The notes below the pieces were generated by a model, which was not told where the DNA came from, did no database searches, and worked only from the letters and a program-made list of their open reading frames with translations. Below, piece by piece: positions 1-8,822 of a stretch of DNA of 20,000 nt; within the stretch, counting starts at the first letter, position 1; every line of letters begins with the position of its first letter. Source of the DNA: an uncultured virus (IMG/VR IMGVR_UViG_3300020219_000015) (lineage: Duplodnaviria > Heunggongvirae > Uroviricota > Caudoviricetes). Position numbers and translations under genes: made by a program. The stretch is from the IMG/VR virus record IMGVR_UViG_3300020219_000015. The stretch is one strand, 5' to 3'.

Positions 1-1885
1 GAGTTTTTAATGCTCCTAATCCTCCGTTATCAGATTGATCTTGTGGAGATAGAGTAGGATCTGGATTACTTACAGTTGCATTTATTGGATTATAAGGATA
101 ATTAGGATATAATCCTTGTTTTGTAGAAGGAGATAAAGAGTATGTTTTCATATTATTGATCATACCCTTTGCAATAATAGTCTTATTTCCCTCTCTGGAT
201 CCTCTTAATATTTCATAACCTACTATCCCGGGAATAAGATTTCCATGATTATCTCTAGGTGCTCTGATCTTATCAAACTGTACTCCTAGAACTCTAATCT
301 CAATATTACCAGTTGCATCTTTCTTAAAGTGTTCTGTTACATTAGGTACTGATAAATTATCAGGCATCTTGTGATGTCTAATAGGTTTACCACAAAGATT
401 TACCGGCATGTCTCCAGGAAGTAAACTCCATGATATTCCACTTGAATCAACATGGCTTGTATCTGGGCCTGCAGGAGGATTACTCTGATTCCAGATATCT
501 GGTTTATTATCCGGATATATTTCAGTTGACTCCCAATAACTCATAAGACCTTCTCCTATAATAACTCCTCCATCTGGTAGTATTATATTGGGGATTGTAT
601 TACCTGTTGCTGTATTATATATTTTCCATCTTACATCTTCATCAGGAAATAGTTTATCATTACCTGCAGTAGCTGGTAGTAAATCAGTAGCTGTAGCTTC
701 TCTACCAGGTATATGATAAGAAGAAGACTTGTCCCCTGTATTATACACCCATCTTATGAAGAACGGATATACTTCATCTCTTAAATAAGAAGTAACATTA
801 CCACCTTTTCTATAGTAGTCTGCAGGATATTTTACAGAAATCCATTTAGTTGTAATCCTATTGGCTAGTGGCTGATAGTTAAAATCAAACTTTGTGGTGG
901 GGGCTACCCTAAGCATATAAGTCCCTGTTTCAAATACTGCTTCTGATTTATCATAAACAGGAGATCTGAAAGGAATTAGTTCAATAGGAATGCTGGGAAG
1001 ACTTTTTGCTATCTGATCTAGAAATATCTGATTTGTTCTAGTAGAATATATTCCTATTCTTTTAGCTGATGTCTGTTGATTTATAGTTCTTACTACTACT
1101 AATTCAAACTCATCAAAATGTTCTGTATCAATTGAGTTAATAGTAATGTTAAGTGAACCTGATAAATTCTCATGTTCAAAAATAGATTGAATATTAGATG
1201 GAGTAGAATAGTCAGTTACTCTCTGATCATTGATAGTATATCCTATTACTACAAAGTAGGATCCATTAGGAAGATTTCCTCCATTATGTCCTCTTGTAAT
1301 ACTTATACAAGGATTCTTTACAAATCTTGCTAATCTTAATTCTTCACAATCTAGATCAGTAGTAGGAGTACAGGTAATGCAATTATTAATAGTATTACAA
1401 TTTTCAAGAAATGCCGGACTATTTATGTTAATAGTTCTTGTAGGAGCATTTCCATCATCCCAATAAGTCTGATAACTACAATCAAAGTTTTGTTTGGATA
1501 CTCCTTTAATAAGATATTTTCTATTGAATCCTAAACAGTTGGATGGATTCATTACTTGTCCAAGTGAGTTCTTAATAGGTGTATAACTACACTCACTATC
1601 ATCAAATATTCCTATCTCTGAGTTAGTATCATCAGTTAGATACACTGCCCAGACATCACCATATAGATGAATAGTTCCTATACAAGGATAAGGGAAAGTA
1701 ACACATAATAAATTAGAAGGTTCATTAGATCTGGTATTAAGATCTCCTGTAACTGTGTACTCAGTTGCATTCCTAGCTCTTGTGTATGCTCCCTCTGGAA
1801 TAGAGGACTCATTCACATCCATTATCAACCCTCTATTGAAAGATGCTCCTTTTTGACTACTTGTATTCTGAGGATCCTGAGCCAT
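1..1885 (-). CDS. Tail stabilisation / muzzle protein of crAss-like phages (P22 gp10-like); 3' end runs off the window
   Basis: Absent from the ORF track because it has no stop in the window. ATG at 1885-1883 lies 2 nt after the upstream TAA. Manual translation: MAQDPQNTSSQKGASFNRGLIMD...YTRARN...YWDDGNAPTRTINI...GGNLPNGSYFVVIGY...SYLRDEVYPFFIRWVYNTGDKSSSYHIPGR...CGKPIRHHKMPDN...GYEILRGSREGNKTIIAKG. I recognise these motifs from crAss-like Tstab/muzzle proteins, and the position after the tubular/ring gene fits. At least 628 codons. Confidence 0.85.
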   Translation of the reverse strand, partial: MAQDPQNTSSQKGASFNRGLIMDVNESSIPEGAYTRARNATEYTVTGDLNTRSNEPSNLLCVTFPYPCIGTIHLYGDVWAVYLTDDTNSEIGIFDDSECSYTPIKNSLGQVMNPSNCLGFNRKYLIKGVSKQNFDCSYQTYWDDGNAPTRTININSPAFLENCNTINNCITCTPTTDLDCEELRLARFVKNPCISITRGHNGGNLPNGSYFVVIGYTINDQRVTDYSTPSNIQSIFEHENLSGSLNITINSIDTEHFDEFELVVVRTINQQTSAKRIGIYSTRTNQIFLDQIAKSLPSIPIELIPFRSPVYDKSEAVFETGTYMLRVAPTTKFDFNYQPLANRITTKWISVKYPADYYRKGGNVTSYLRDEVYPFFIRWVYNTGDKSSSYHIPGREATATDLLPATAGNDKLFPDEDVRWKIYNTATGNTIPNIILPDGGVIIGEGLMSYWESTEIYPDNKPDIWNQSNPPAGPDTSHVDSSGISWSLLPGDMPVNLCGKPIRHHKMPDNLSVPNVTEHFKKDATGNIEIRVLGVQFDKIRAPRDNHGNLIPGIVGYEILRGSREGNKTIIAKGMINNMKTYSLSPSTKQGLYPNYPYNPINATVSNPDPTLSPQDQSDNGGLGALKT

Positions 1886-1887
1886 AC

Positions 1888-2913
1888 TTATACTGCATTA
1901 TTATGTAAAAATCTTGGACTTGAACCTGGTGAATAACTAGAAAACATATCATAGTATTTAGAGTACATAGCTTTTCTATTGGTTTCCCACATCTTAGCCA
2001 TTTCAGAGAAGTTAGGAGTATTGACAACTGTGAGAGCATTATTTCTTGCTCCTCTAAGTTTTTGTTGAACTAGTCCTAATGCCTTTTCTACAGACTCATC
2101 TTCCATTAATAGATTTTCTAGTATCCTTTCTTTCAGAGCATATTCATAATATTCATTCATATATGGATGATCCGGAACTAATATATTACCTGATTCATCT
2201 TCTAGTGCTCCTTCATAGTTGATATATACTTTTCCACACATCTCATTTCTAGTAGAGTGACTATTAGAATGATTTAGATTATGATTTAGGCCATCATTAA
2301 ACCATATGAATCCATTTTTTATAAATGCTTCATCTCTACACATCCAGTTAAGATTAGGACACTCACAATTTATATCATGTGAATTCTTAAATCTTATTGG
2401 ATACATCATATTATAGCTCCTTGAAATAGTATTTATTACTTGAACTAATTGAAAGCCGGTAGTATTTTTACCACAGCTATCTGTACATCTTGTAAGACAA
2501 ATAGGAATGGTGGTATTAGGAGTTAATGTTGGTGTACATGCATCAATAACTACATCAGTACATGGATTAGGTTCTATTGGATCTTGGTAAGTGGGAATAA
2601 TATTTTTAATAGGAACTTCTTGTATGTTAGTTCCCTGGCCTGGTATAAAAGTCTCTGTAAAACTACCACATAATAGAGCAAAGTTCATGACCCTGAAATC
2701 CTCTGGAAGTCTTGCTTTTCCATTTACTATATCAAGAACTGTGTTCTTAACCATGTTAATCCTAAGACCAAGATCATAGTTACATCTAAGAGCAACTTTA
2801 ATCAACTGCTGAGGTTCTATTTTTCCTTCTAGAGAATATGTTTTCATATCAACTCTAACACTCTCAAAGAGAGAATCAAATGTCTGATACTTTAATGTGT
2901 AGTTGAAGTTCAT
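1888..2913 (-). CDS. Tail tubular / ring protein (crAss-like Ttub), 341 aa, with a Cys-rich central insertion
   Basis: ORF track. N-terminal helical part and C-terminal 'KVYINYEGALEDESGNILVPD...EYYEYALKERILE' resemble crAss-like tubular/ring proteins; lies directly upstream of the muzzle gene. Confidence 0.7.
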   Translation of the reverse strand: MNFNYTLKYQTFDSLFESVRVDMKTYSLEGKIEPQQLIKVALRCNYDLGLRINMVKNTVLDIVNGKARLPEDFRVMNFALLCGSFTETFIPGQGTNIQEVPIKNIIPTYQDPIEPNPCTDVVIDACTPTLTPNTTIPICLTRCTDSCGKNTTGFQLVQVINTISRSYNMMYPIRFKNSHDINCECPNLNWMCRDEAFIKNGFIWFNDGLNHNLNHSNSHSTRNEMCGKVYINYEGALEDESGNILVPDHPYMNEYYEYALKERILENLLMEDESVEKALGLVQQKLRGARNNALTVVNTPNFSEMAKMWETNRKAMYSKYYDMFSSYSPGSSPRFLHNNAV

Positions 2914-2917
2914 AGTC

Positions 2918-3607
2918 TTATGTTCTTATAGTACCTTGTTTATCATCTGTATTAGGTTCAGAAGGTATTTGCATTACTCCAAATAGATCTTTTATTACAG
3001 CCTGCTCTATTTCTGCAAAGAGGAAATCCGGAATTGGAGTGACCTGATCTTGTCTTTGAGTACATGCTGAATCTCCTGATCCATCAGCACATGTGAAAGT
3101 TACTAGATCATTTTCAAATATACCATCTACCATTACCGACTCCCAGTCTAAATTTGGAAAATATAAATACTCATTTATATACCAATAGTATTGTCTCTTG
3201 TTATACTTAAAGGTCGATGTCTTAGTCATTGAAGTATAAGTAGAAGGAGCTGTAGGAAATACTTCTTCCGATCCATCTATAGAACTGATTGTTCTAAATA
3301 GTGGCCCAAATCTAGCTTCCATTATTCCTGGAACTTTCTCTTTACTTCTCTTAAATAAACAATCAGATGTCACTCCTCCACAACAAGCTTCTATTCTATC
3401 TATTTCTATTAATTCCATACATGGAATAGTCCTGAATAGAGTACTGAATTTTATGAGTTGGTTCCTGCCTTCTTCTCTTTTAATATATAATTTAGCCCAT
3501 TTAATTATAAGACTATATATAAATCTATCTGTAAGAAAGGAATCTTCTTTTACAGCCTTAACTGAGTTTCTTACCCGGGATGTAGTAGCTCCTATTGTTG
3601 TTGCCAT
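2918..3607 (-). CDS. Probable tail ring / neck structural protein, 229 aa
   Basis: ORF track. Abuts the upstream gene (TAAATG). The 'YYWYINEYLYFPN...DGIFEN...PIPDFLFAEIEQAVIKDL' pattern and synteny match crAss-like ring proteins. Confidence 0.6.
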   Translation of the reverse strand: MATTIGATTSRVRNSVKAVKEDSFLTDRFIYSLIIKWAKLYIKREEGRNQLIKFSTLFRTIPCMELIEIDRIEACCGGVTSDCLFKRSKEKVPGIMEARFGPLFRTISSIDGSEEVFPTAPSTYTSMTKTSTFKYNKRQYYWYINEYLYFPNLDWESVMVDGIFENDLVTFTCADGSGDSACTQRQDQVTPIPDFLFAEIEQAVIKDLFGVMQIPSEPNTDDKQGTIRT

Positions 3608-4198
3608 TTAATCAAAATTAAATTCATCATAATTAGTAAGATCAATTTCCTTAACTGGAATTACAAAATCTATATAAGGCTTGTTAGAAAAAAGTCTGGA
3701 TGCTTTAACTCCACTTGCAAGATGAACAAATTTCTTGTAGTCTTTTCTAAACTCTTTTGAGCCTGCTCTCTTGAACTGTCTTACTGCAAAGAAGGACCAG
3801 AGTTCTCTATTTCTAAATTTGTATTTGGTTCCATAATTAGTATATATAATTTTTGCTAAATGATTATCACACTCCCAGTTCTTATGAAGAACTTTATGGC
3901 CGGCTTCTTCTGATCTTTTATAATCAATAACTTCTCTCTTGCTTGGATTACATCCTACTATAATAATATTTCCTAATCCTTCTCTTAATTTTACTCCATC
4001 TCTTAGTTCAACTATACTTTTCCAAATATTTTCATTATCCTTTTTTATAACTTTATTAAATATTTTATAATCTACATCTATATACTGAGGATACTTTTCA
4101 GTAAATTGTTTAAATAACTCTTTAGATAATGAGTAGATATGTTTGTCTCTGAATCTGGGACCTTTAATATTTGGTTTTTTAACTACTGTAGAAGTCAT
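3608..4198 (-). CDS. Basic IHF/HU-like DNA-binding protein (crAss-like IHF subunit homologue), 196 aa
   Basis: Lys/Arg-rich; 'IVELRDGVKLREGLGNIIIVG' resembles the HU/IHF beta-arm entry (V.L.GLG.F). crAss-like phages carry an IHF-like gene before Ttub/Tstab. Confidence 0.55.
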   Translation of the reverse strand: MTSTVVKKPNIKGPRFRDKHIYSLSKELFKQFTEKYPQYIDVDYKIFNKVIKKDNENIWKSIVELRDGVKLREGLGNIIIVGCNPSKREVIDYKRSEEAGHKVLHKNWECDNHLAKIIYTNYGTKYKFRNRELWSFFAVRQFKRAGSKEFRKDYKKFVHLASGVKASRLFSNKPYIDFVIPVKEIDLTNYDEFNFD

Positions 4199-4261
4199 GG
4201 ATAGTTATAATTTACGAAAATTATCTGATATTAAAAAGTTTTACTAAGTTAATAAATAATA

Positions 4262-4300
4262 TGAAAGAGAAAACCCCGATTTTCACCGGGGTCTCTCTTT
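4262..4300 (-). terminator. Intrinsic terminator (possibly bidirectional) after the 174-aa gene
   Basis: Minus-strand RNA AAAGAGAGACCCCGGU-GAAA-AUCGGGGUUUUCUCUUU: GC-rich stem (CCCCG/CGGGG), GNRA tetraloop, U-rich tail. Confidence 0.8.
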
Positions 4301-4301
4301 G

Positions 4302-4337
4302 AAAAAGCTACTGACTAAACCAACAAGTAGCAACTTT
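4302..4337 (-). other. Second stem-loop between the stop codon and the terminator; loop UGUUGGUUUAGUC
   Basis: GCTACT (4307-4312) and AGTAGC (4326-4331) are exact reverse complements around a 13-nt loop; followed by U5 on the minus strand. Confidence 0.55.
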
Positions 4338-4862
4338 TTAAGCCAATGTCTCAACTAATAATGTCACTGAATAACAATTACCTACAGTACATGTAGCATT
4401 AACTCTTATATGATATTCTTCATTTGGTATAAGTCCGGTAATAGTATCTGTGGTAGCTGTTGGACCAAGTAAAGGTCTTAATATCCATACACCACTAGAT
4501 GCTAGTTTGTACTCAACTTGATAGGTTAATACATCTGTTACTAAAGCCCACCCTGGAGTAATGCTAGTATTTGTGATAGATATAATAGAAAGGGTATTCA
4601 CAGAAGCACATGTTCCACCTGTAACACATCCCGGGTTAGTAGCCAATAGTATAAGTTTTTGAATAATAGAATTGAGTCTGTCTCCGGTATTAATAGGAAC
4701 ATCTACAATACTAGGGCCTGAGTATATGACACAATTAGCATCAAAGAATTCAGAACAAGGTTCAGGATTAGGACAGCTTGCATCTCCTGGACAAGGAAAT
4801 GTAGGAACTGTAGTAAAAGCCTGATCTTTACAGCCACATGGGGCTTTATGTCCACAATTCAT
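4338..4862 (-). CDS. Cys-rich structural protein with C-terminal fibronectin type III domain, 174 aa
   Basis: 11 Cys. FN3 hallmarks: 'ITNTSITPGW...YQVEYKL...W...TITGLIPNEEYHIRVNATC'. Confidence 0.75.
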   Translation of the reverse strand: MNCGHKAPCGCKDQAFTTVPTFPCPGDASCPNPEPCSEFFDANCVIYSGPSIVDVPINTGDRLNSIIQKLILLATNPGCVTGGTCASVNTLSIISITNTSITPGWALVTDVLTYQVEYKLASSGVWILRPLLGPTATTDTITGLIPNEEYHIRVNATCTVGNCYSVTLLVETLA

Positions 4863-4889
4863 AGTTATATATTTTAATATTAATTTTTA

Positions 4890-5303
4890 TTATATAGATA
4901 TGTCTTTTGTATACAAAGTTTCTATATCTACATTGACAATTATTCCATTTAATACATCTAATAAAGCTAATTCATTTTCTACTCTCTCAATTGATGTTGC
5001 AAAATATGGAGTATCATAGTCTACTAATTCCTCGTTTTGTTTCTTCCATATTTTATCAAGAATATCCTGATTTTGTTTAGTATAAGTCATTACTCCTTTA
5101 TCTGTTAATTTATAAGATTTGTCATCATTTAGTAATGCTAATTCATGTTGTTTATCAGAGAACGTATCTGTATATTCTTTTAATGCTTTCTCAAGTAAAA
5201 CTTCTCCTTTTAAACAAGCATATCCAAAAGGAGATTTGTGATTTTTCCAAATTTGAGCATTAGCTTTTACTATTCTTAATTTTTCTACTGTAAATTGTGC
5301 CAT
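4890..5303 (-). CDS. Hypothetical helical protein, possible fibre-assembly chaperone, 137 aa
   Basis: ORF track; charged and helical; good leader; downstream of a fibre gene. Function inferred from position only. Confidence 0.6.
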   Translation of the reverse strand: MAQFTVEKLRIVKANAQIWKNHKSPFGYACLKGEVLLEKALKEYTDTFSDKQHELALLNDDKSYKLTDKGVMTYTKQNQDILDKIWKKQNEELVDYDTPYFATSIERVENELALLDVLNGIIVNVDIETLYTKDISI

Positions 5304-5341
5304 ATTAGTTTGATTTGTTGGTTTAAATTATACTTAATTAT

Positions 5342-5680
5342 TTAGATCTCAACTATTACATTTGTGCCTGGATTCTCTAATTTAAGTTTATCTGCTACTT
5401 TAAGATATATAGTATAAGGTAACCCTGCTGCTGCAGCTTCTTCTTGGGTTATGTCAACTGTTATACTTGCTAACTTTTCATTAATATTATTTATTGGCCA
5501 TACTTGATCTTTATTAGATTCACAAGCAATAACATTGAGCCACCATTTTAAATCACAAGGAACAGTAAGTCCTCCTGTTTCAATATTATCATAAGCATGT
5601 TGAACAAGTGTACCATAGAGATTTGATACATTGGATCCTCCTATGGAAAGAGACATTTCTGATGTAATTTTTAAGTTCAT
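5342..5680 (-). CDS. Hypothetical protein, possible fibre tip or assembly factor, 112 aa
   Basis: ORF track; immediately downstream of the 847-aa fibre. Function inferred from position only. Confidence 0.6.
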   Translation of the reverse strand: MNLKITSEMSLSIGGSNVSNLYGTLVQHAYDNIETGGLTVPCDLKWWLNVIACESNKDQVWPINNINEKLASITVDITQEEAAAAGLPYTIYLKVADKLKLENPGTNVIVEI

Positions 5681-5714
5681 TTTTATATTTTAAGTTAGAC
5701 TTCTATATTCAAAA

Positions 5715-8258
5715 TTAAGCTTTCATACCTACTACATAATCTGCATTTGTAAGAATATTAGCAGCAGTATCTTTATATAATTCACCTGCAGAACGTCCTG
5801 CATTTCCTACTTGAAGTACTGGTGCTATTGCTCCATTACCTTTTATTTCAATCCTAGTTATTAAAGCATTTGCTGTTGAACCTGCTCCTCCTGCACTAGA
5901 AGTTTGAAGAAGTATACTTCCACTTGCAACGTTTCCTGTAGATTGTCCAGATGCTATAATAAAATTAGTTGTAGTGTGATTTGATGCTGGAGTTAATCCT
6001 ATCGTATTGGTTGATGGTATAGCAGATGTACCTTGTAGTTTTGTATCAAACATATCTGTATTTCCAGCCCATCTTCCTGTTCCAAAATAAAAGTTCTTTA
6101 GAATATATCCACTTGCTCCAATAATAGCTTCATAATCTTCAGAGTTTTGTGCATTTGTTCCATATCCTATACAAAGGATTTCACGTAATGATAATACTGG
6201 TGAAGGAGATGTATTTCCACCTAAGCTTATACTTTTAGATGGATTATCCAAACTTTGTCCAGCAGCAAAACCAATTGCTATGTTACTTGAGCCAGTTGAA
6301 ACTGTCGGCAATACATAATCTCCAATACCAATATTATTAGTACCTGTTGACAATGTAAAAAGAACCCTTGTTCCAAAAGCAGCATTTTGACTACCTTCTG
6401 TTATAGCAGATAGTGTTCCTTTACCAAATGCACTATTATTTGTTCCTGATGTTATATTTGTATTTCCAGATAAATAACCACAAAAAAGATTACTTGTCGT
6501 AGTTAATCCATTAGACCATAATACTCTATTATCTGCAATCCAATAACCTAATCTTGAATTTACTGCTCCATCATCTCTTACATAGAAATTGATATTATTA
6601 GAAGCATCTAATATTTTTAGTCCATAAGTAGTTAATGTAGAACCAAGACCTTTTACTCCAAACATTGCATCTATATCTGTACTACTACTAACTCCTATAA
6701 GGAGTCCTGTACCATTATTGATAAGACTTCTTGCACCATTAGCCTGAAAAGCATGGGTAATAGTTCCACCATTTGATCCATACATAAACATGAATGCATC
6801 ATTTGATCCATTGGCTTGTAATTTAAATAAATCAAATCCACCTTGAGTTATACTAACAGCAGAATTACCTGTTGCACCTATATAAAGAGGAAATCCACCA
6901 AGTGTATTAACATCAAATCCAATACCAACAGATCCATATGTATTTGCTGTTAATGGACCAAAGAAAGAACCTTCAACTTTAAGTATATTATCACCTACTG
7001 TTACTCCTGAATAACCAACATTCAATTTTGCAGAAGCTAAAGTAGCACCTTTACCAATAGATAGCCCAGATGTGCTTAAATTCATCCATGCTGTTCCTGT
7101 ACCTGCATCACCAGTATTTGTATATCCCCAAGCAAAACTTCTTGCTGAATTTTGATCTACATAATTATCAAATGAGTTGGCAGCAAAAATATCTAAACCA
7201 GTTCCCCACCAAACTCCTCCAGCATTATATGAAAAGATGCTGCCAGTTAGTGAACCTCTTAATATATTTCTATCAATATAAATAGCTGCATTATTGGCAG
7301 TATTCCTTACTCCTATGTTTGCTCCAAAATTAACCTCAAAATCTCCAGAAGAATTCTTTCCCACCATAAATATACCTTGACCAGATCCTCCTGCAATATT
7401 GGTTACTCTTAAAGAAGCTGTATTATCAATATTATTTAATATATCAAATTGAGCTAGTGGATTAGTTATATTTATTCCTGTATATCCGGAACCTAATATA
7501 TTTACTCTAGCTGTATTATTAGTTAATATAGAAAGATTAAAGTTATCTGTAAGTCCTAGTGTAGCATTACCTCCAAAAGCATTACCCCCATTTATATATC
7601 CAGTTGTTGGAGTAATATAAGTAGGAGTAAAATATTCTAAAGCAGTAGCTCCTGCATTTACTCTTAGTAAATCATTTGCTAATCCTAAAGTACTTAATCC
7701 TGTTCCTCCGTTAGCAAATGGAAGAATTCCTGATACATGGGTTGTTAATCCTATTTTTCCCCATAAAGGCAATGTACCTACTCCTCCTGATATTAGGGCA
7801 TTACCTATAGCTATATCAGGTATTTTACTAAGAGTAGTAGTTGTATCAGCTGCTAGTATATCTCCTATAGCATATATAGTCTGACCAGTTCCTCCAAAGG
7901 TGGCTCCTATAGGAATCCCTTGCCATGTACCAGTAGTTATTGTACCCAATGTAGTAATACTAGTACTGCCTATAACTGCTGTAATAAAAGTCCAATTTCC
8001 AGCTAATACTCCGTTTGCTCTATATATAGCATCCGTATCTAACTGAATTCCTATCTGACCTATAAAATCTGGAATAGAAGAAACTCTTGCTACTGCATCA
8101 GTAAAAACTTTATTACCTGGAGTTGATACAAAATTTGCTATATCCTGTAAAGTAGATCGTTTGGCTGTAGTTGTCCCAAAAGGGACTATAGGAAAAATAT
8201 CTCCTCCTGAAAGAGGAGGAGCTGGATCAAATTGGTCTACTCTTTTATTTATTGCCAT
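5715..8258 (-). CDS. Long Gly/Thr/Asn-rich trimeric fibre / adhesin, 847 aa, with N-terminal KRVDQF module
   Basis: Shaft-like 'GATFGGTG' and 'LPFANGGTG' motifs; 'G[IL]G' beta-repeats; four 14-aa YadA-head-like repeats (NSAFG/NAAFG/NIGIG/NIAIG); only 2 Cys. Confidence 0.75.
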   Translation of the reverse strand: MAINKRVDQFDPAPPLSGGDIFPIVPFGTTTAKRSTLQDIANFVSTPGNKVFTDAVARVSSIPDFIGQIGIQLDTDAIYRANGVLAGNWTFITAVIGSTSITTLGTITTGTWQGIPIGATFGGTGQTIYAIGDILAADTTTTLSKIPDIAIGNALISGGVGTLPLWGKIGLTTHVSGILPFANGGTGLSTLGLANDLLRVNAGATALEYFTPTYITPTTGYINGGNAFGGNATLGLTDNFNLSILTNNTARVNILGSGYTGINITNPLAQFDILNNIDNTASLRVTNIAGGSGQGIFMVGKNSSGDFEVNFGANIGVRNTANNAAIYIDRNILRGSLTGSIFSYNAGGVWWGTGLDIFAANSFDNYVDQNSARSFAWGYTNTGDAGTGTAWMNLSTSGLSIGKGATLASAKLNVGYSGVTVGDNILKVEGSFFGPLTANTYGSVGIGFDVNTLGGFPLYIGATGNSAVSITQGGFDLFKLQANGSNDAFMFMYGSNGGTITHAFQANGARSLINNGTGLLIGVSSSTDIDAMFGVKGLGSTLTTYGLKILDASNNINFYVRDDGAVNSRLGYWIADNRVLWSNGLTTTSNLFCGYLSGNTNITSGTNNSAFGKGTLSAITEGSQNAAFGTRVLFTLSTGTNNIGIGDYVLPTVSTGSSNIAIGFAAGQSLDNPSKSISLGGNTSPSPVLSLREILCIGYGTNAQNSEDYEAIIGASGYILKNFYFGTGRWAGNTDMFDTKLQGTSAIPSTNTIGLTPASNHTTTNFIIASGQSTGNVASGSILLQTSSAGGAGSTANALITRIEIKGNGAIAPVLQVGNAGRSAGELYKDTAANILTNADYVVGMKA

Positions 8259-8260
8259 GA

Positions 8261-8803
8261 TTATACAGGAATTATTTTATATTTTAAATAAATTAATATA
8301 TCACTATTTCCTGCTGTAGGATTTCCAGTAAAGACATATGCTTGAACTTTTTTATTTTCTTCAAGCTGTGTTGCATTAGAATGAGCTGCAGCCATACTAA
8401 CACCAATAGATGGTATCCAGATACAAGTTCCTGCATTTGCTAATCTCCCAGTAAATCCATTTATTACAGTTAAACTAGTATCATATACTAATCCTAAAGT
8501 TGTATTTGTTGCGTATGGAGTTCCTCCATAAGTTCTTATCTTAAAGATAGCTACTGTAACTAAATTAGCAAAACCAATTCCAGGACTTGGAATTAAGTCT
8601 ATAGGAGTTGAATTTAAAGTAAGAACATCTGCAGAAAGGATAGTAGTCTCTACTGTAAACTCATCATTTACTGCATCTTTGATGTCTTGTAAAGTAGTTT
8701 GTAAAGCAGCAGTTCCAGCTCCTTGAACTATAGGAAGAATATCTGTTAGAGCAAGTGGTGTGGTTGCTAATCCAAATTGGTCTACTCTTTTGTCTACTGC
8801 CAT
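8261..8803 (-). CDS. Short appendage / decoration protein, 180 aa: KRVDQF module plus a ~130-aa beta domain
   Basis: ORF track; first 43 aa are 34/43 identical to the 454-aa protein; the rest is beta-strand-like. Confidence 0.7.
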   Translation of the reverse strand: MAVDKRVDQFGLATTPLALTDILPIVQGAGTAALQTTLQDIKDAVNDEFTVETTILSADVLTLNSTPIDLIPSPGIGFANLVTVAIFKIRTYGGTPYATNTTLGLVYDTSLTVINGFTGRLANAGTCIWIPSIGVSMAAAHSNATQLEENKKVQAYVFTGNPTAGNSDILIYLKYKIIPV

Positions 8804-8822
8804 GATTGATTTAGTTTTATAA

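Noticed and set aside
1857..2039. 60-aa minus-strand ORF
   Set aside because: Out-of-frame overlap with the tubular gene end and the muzzle gene start.
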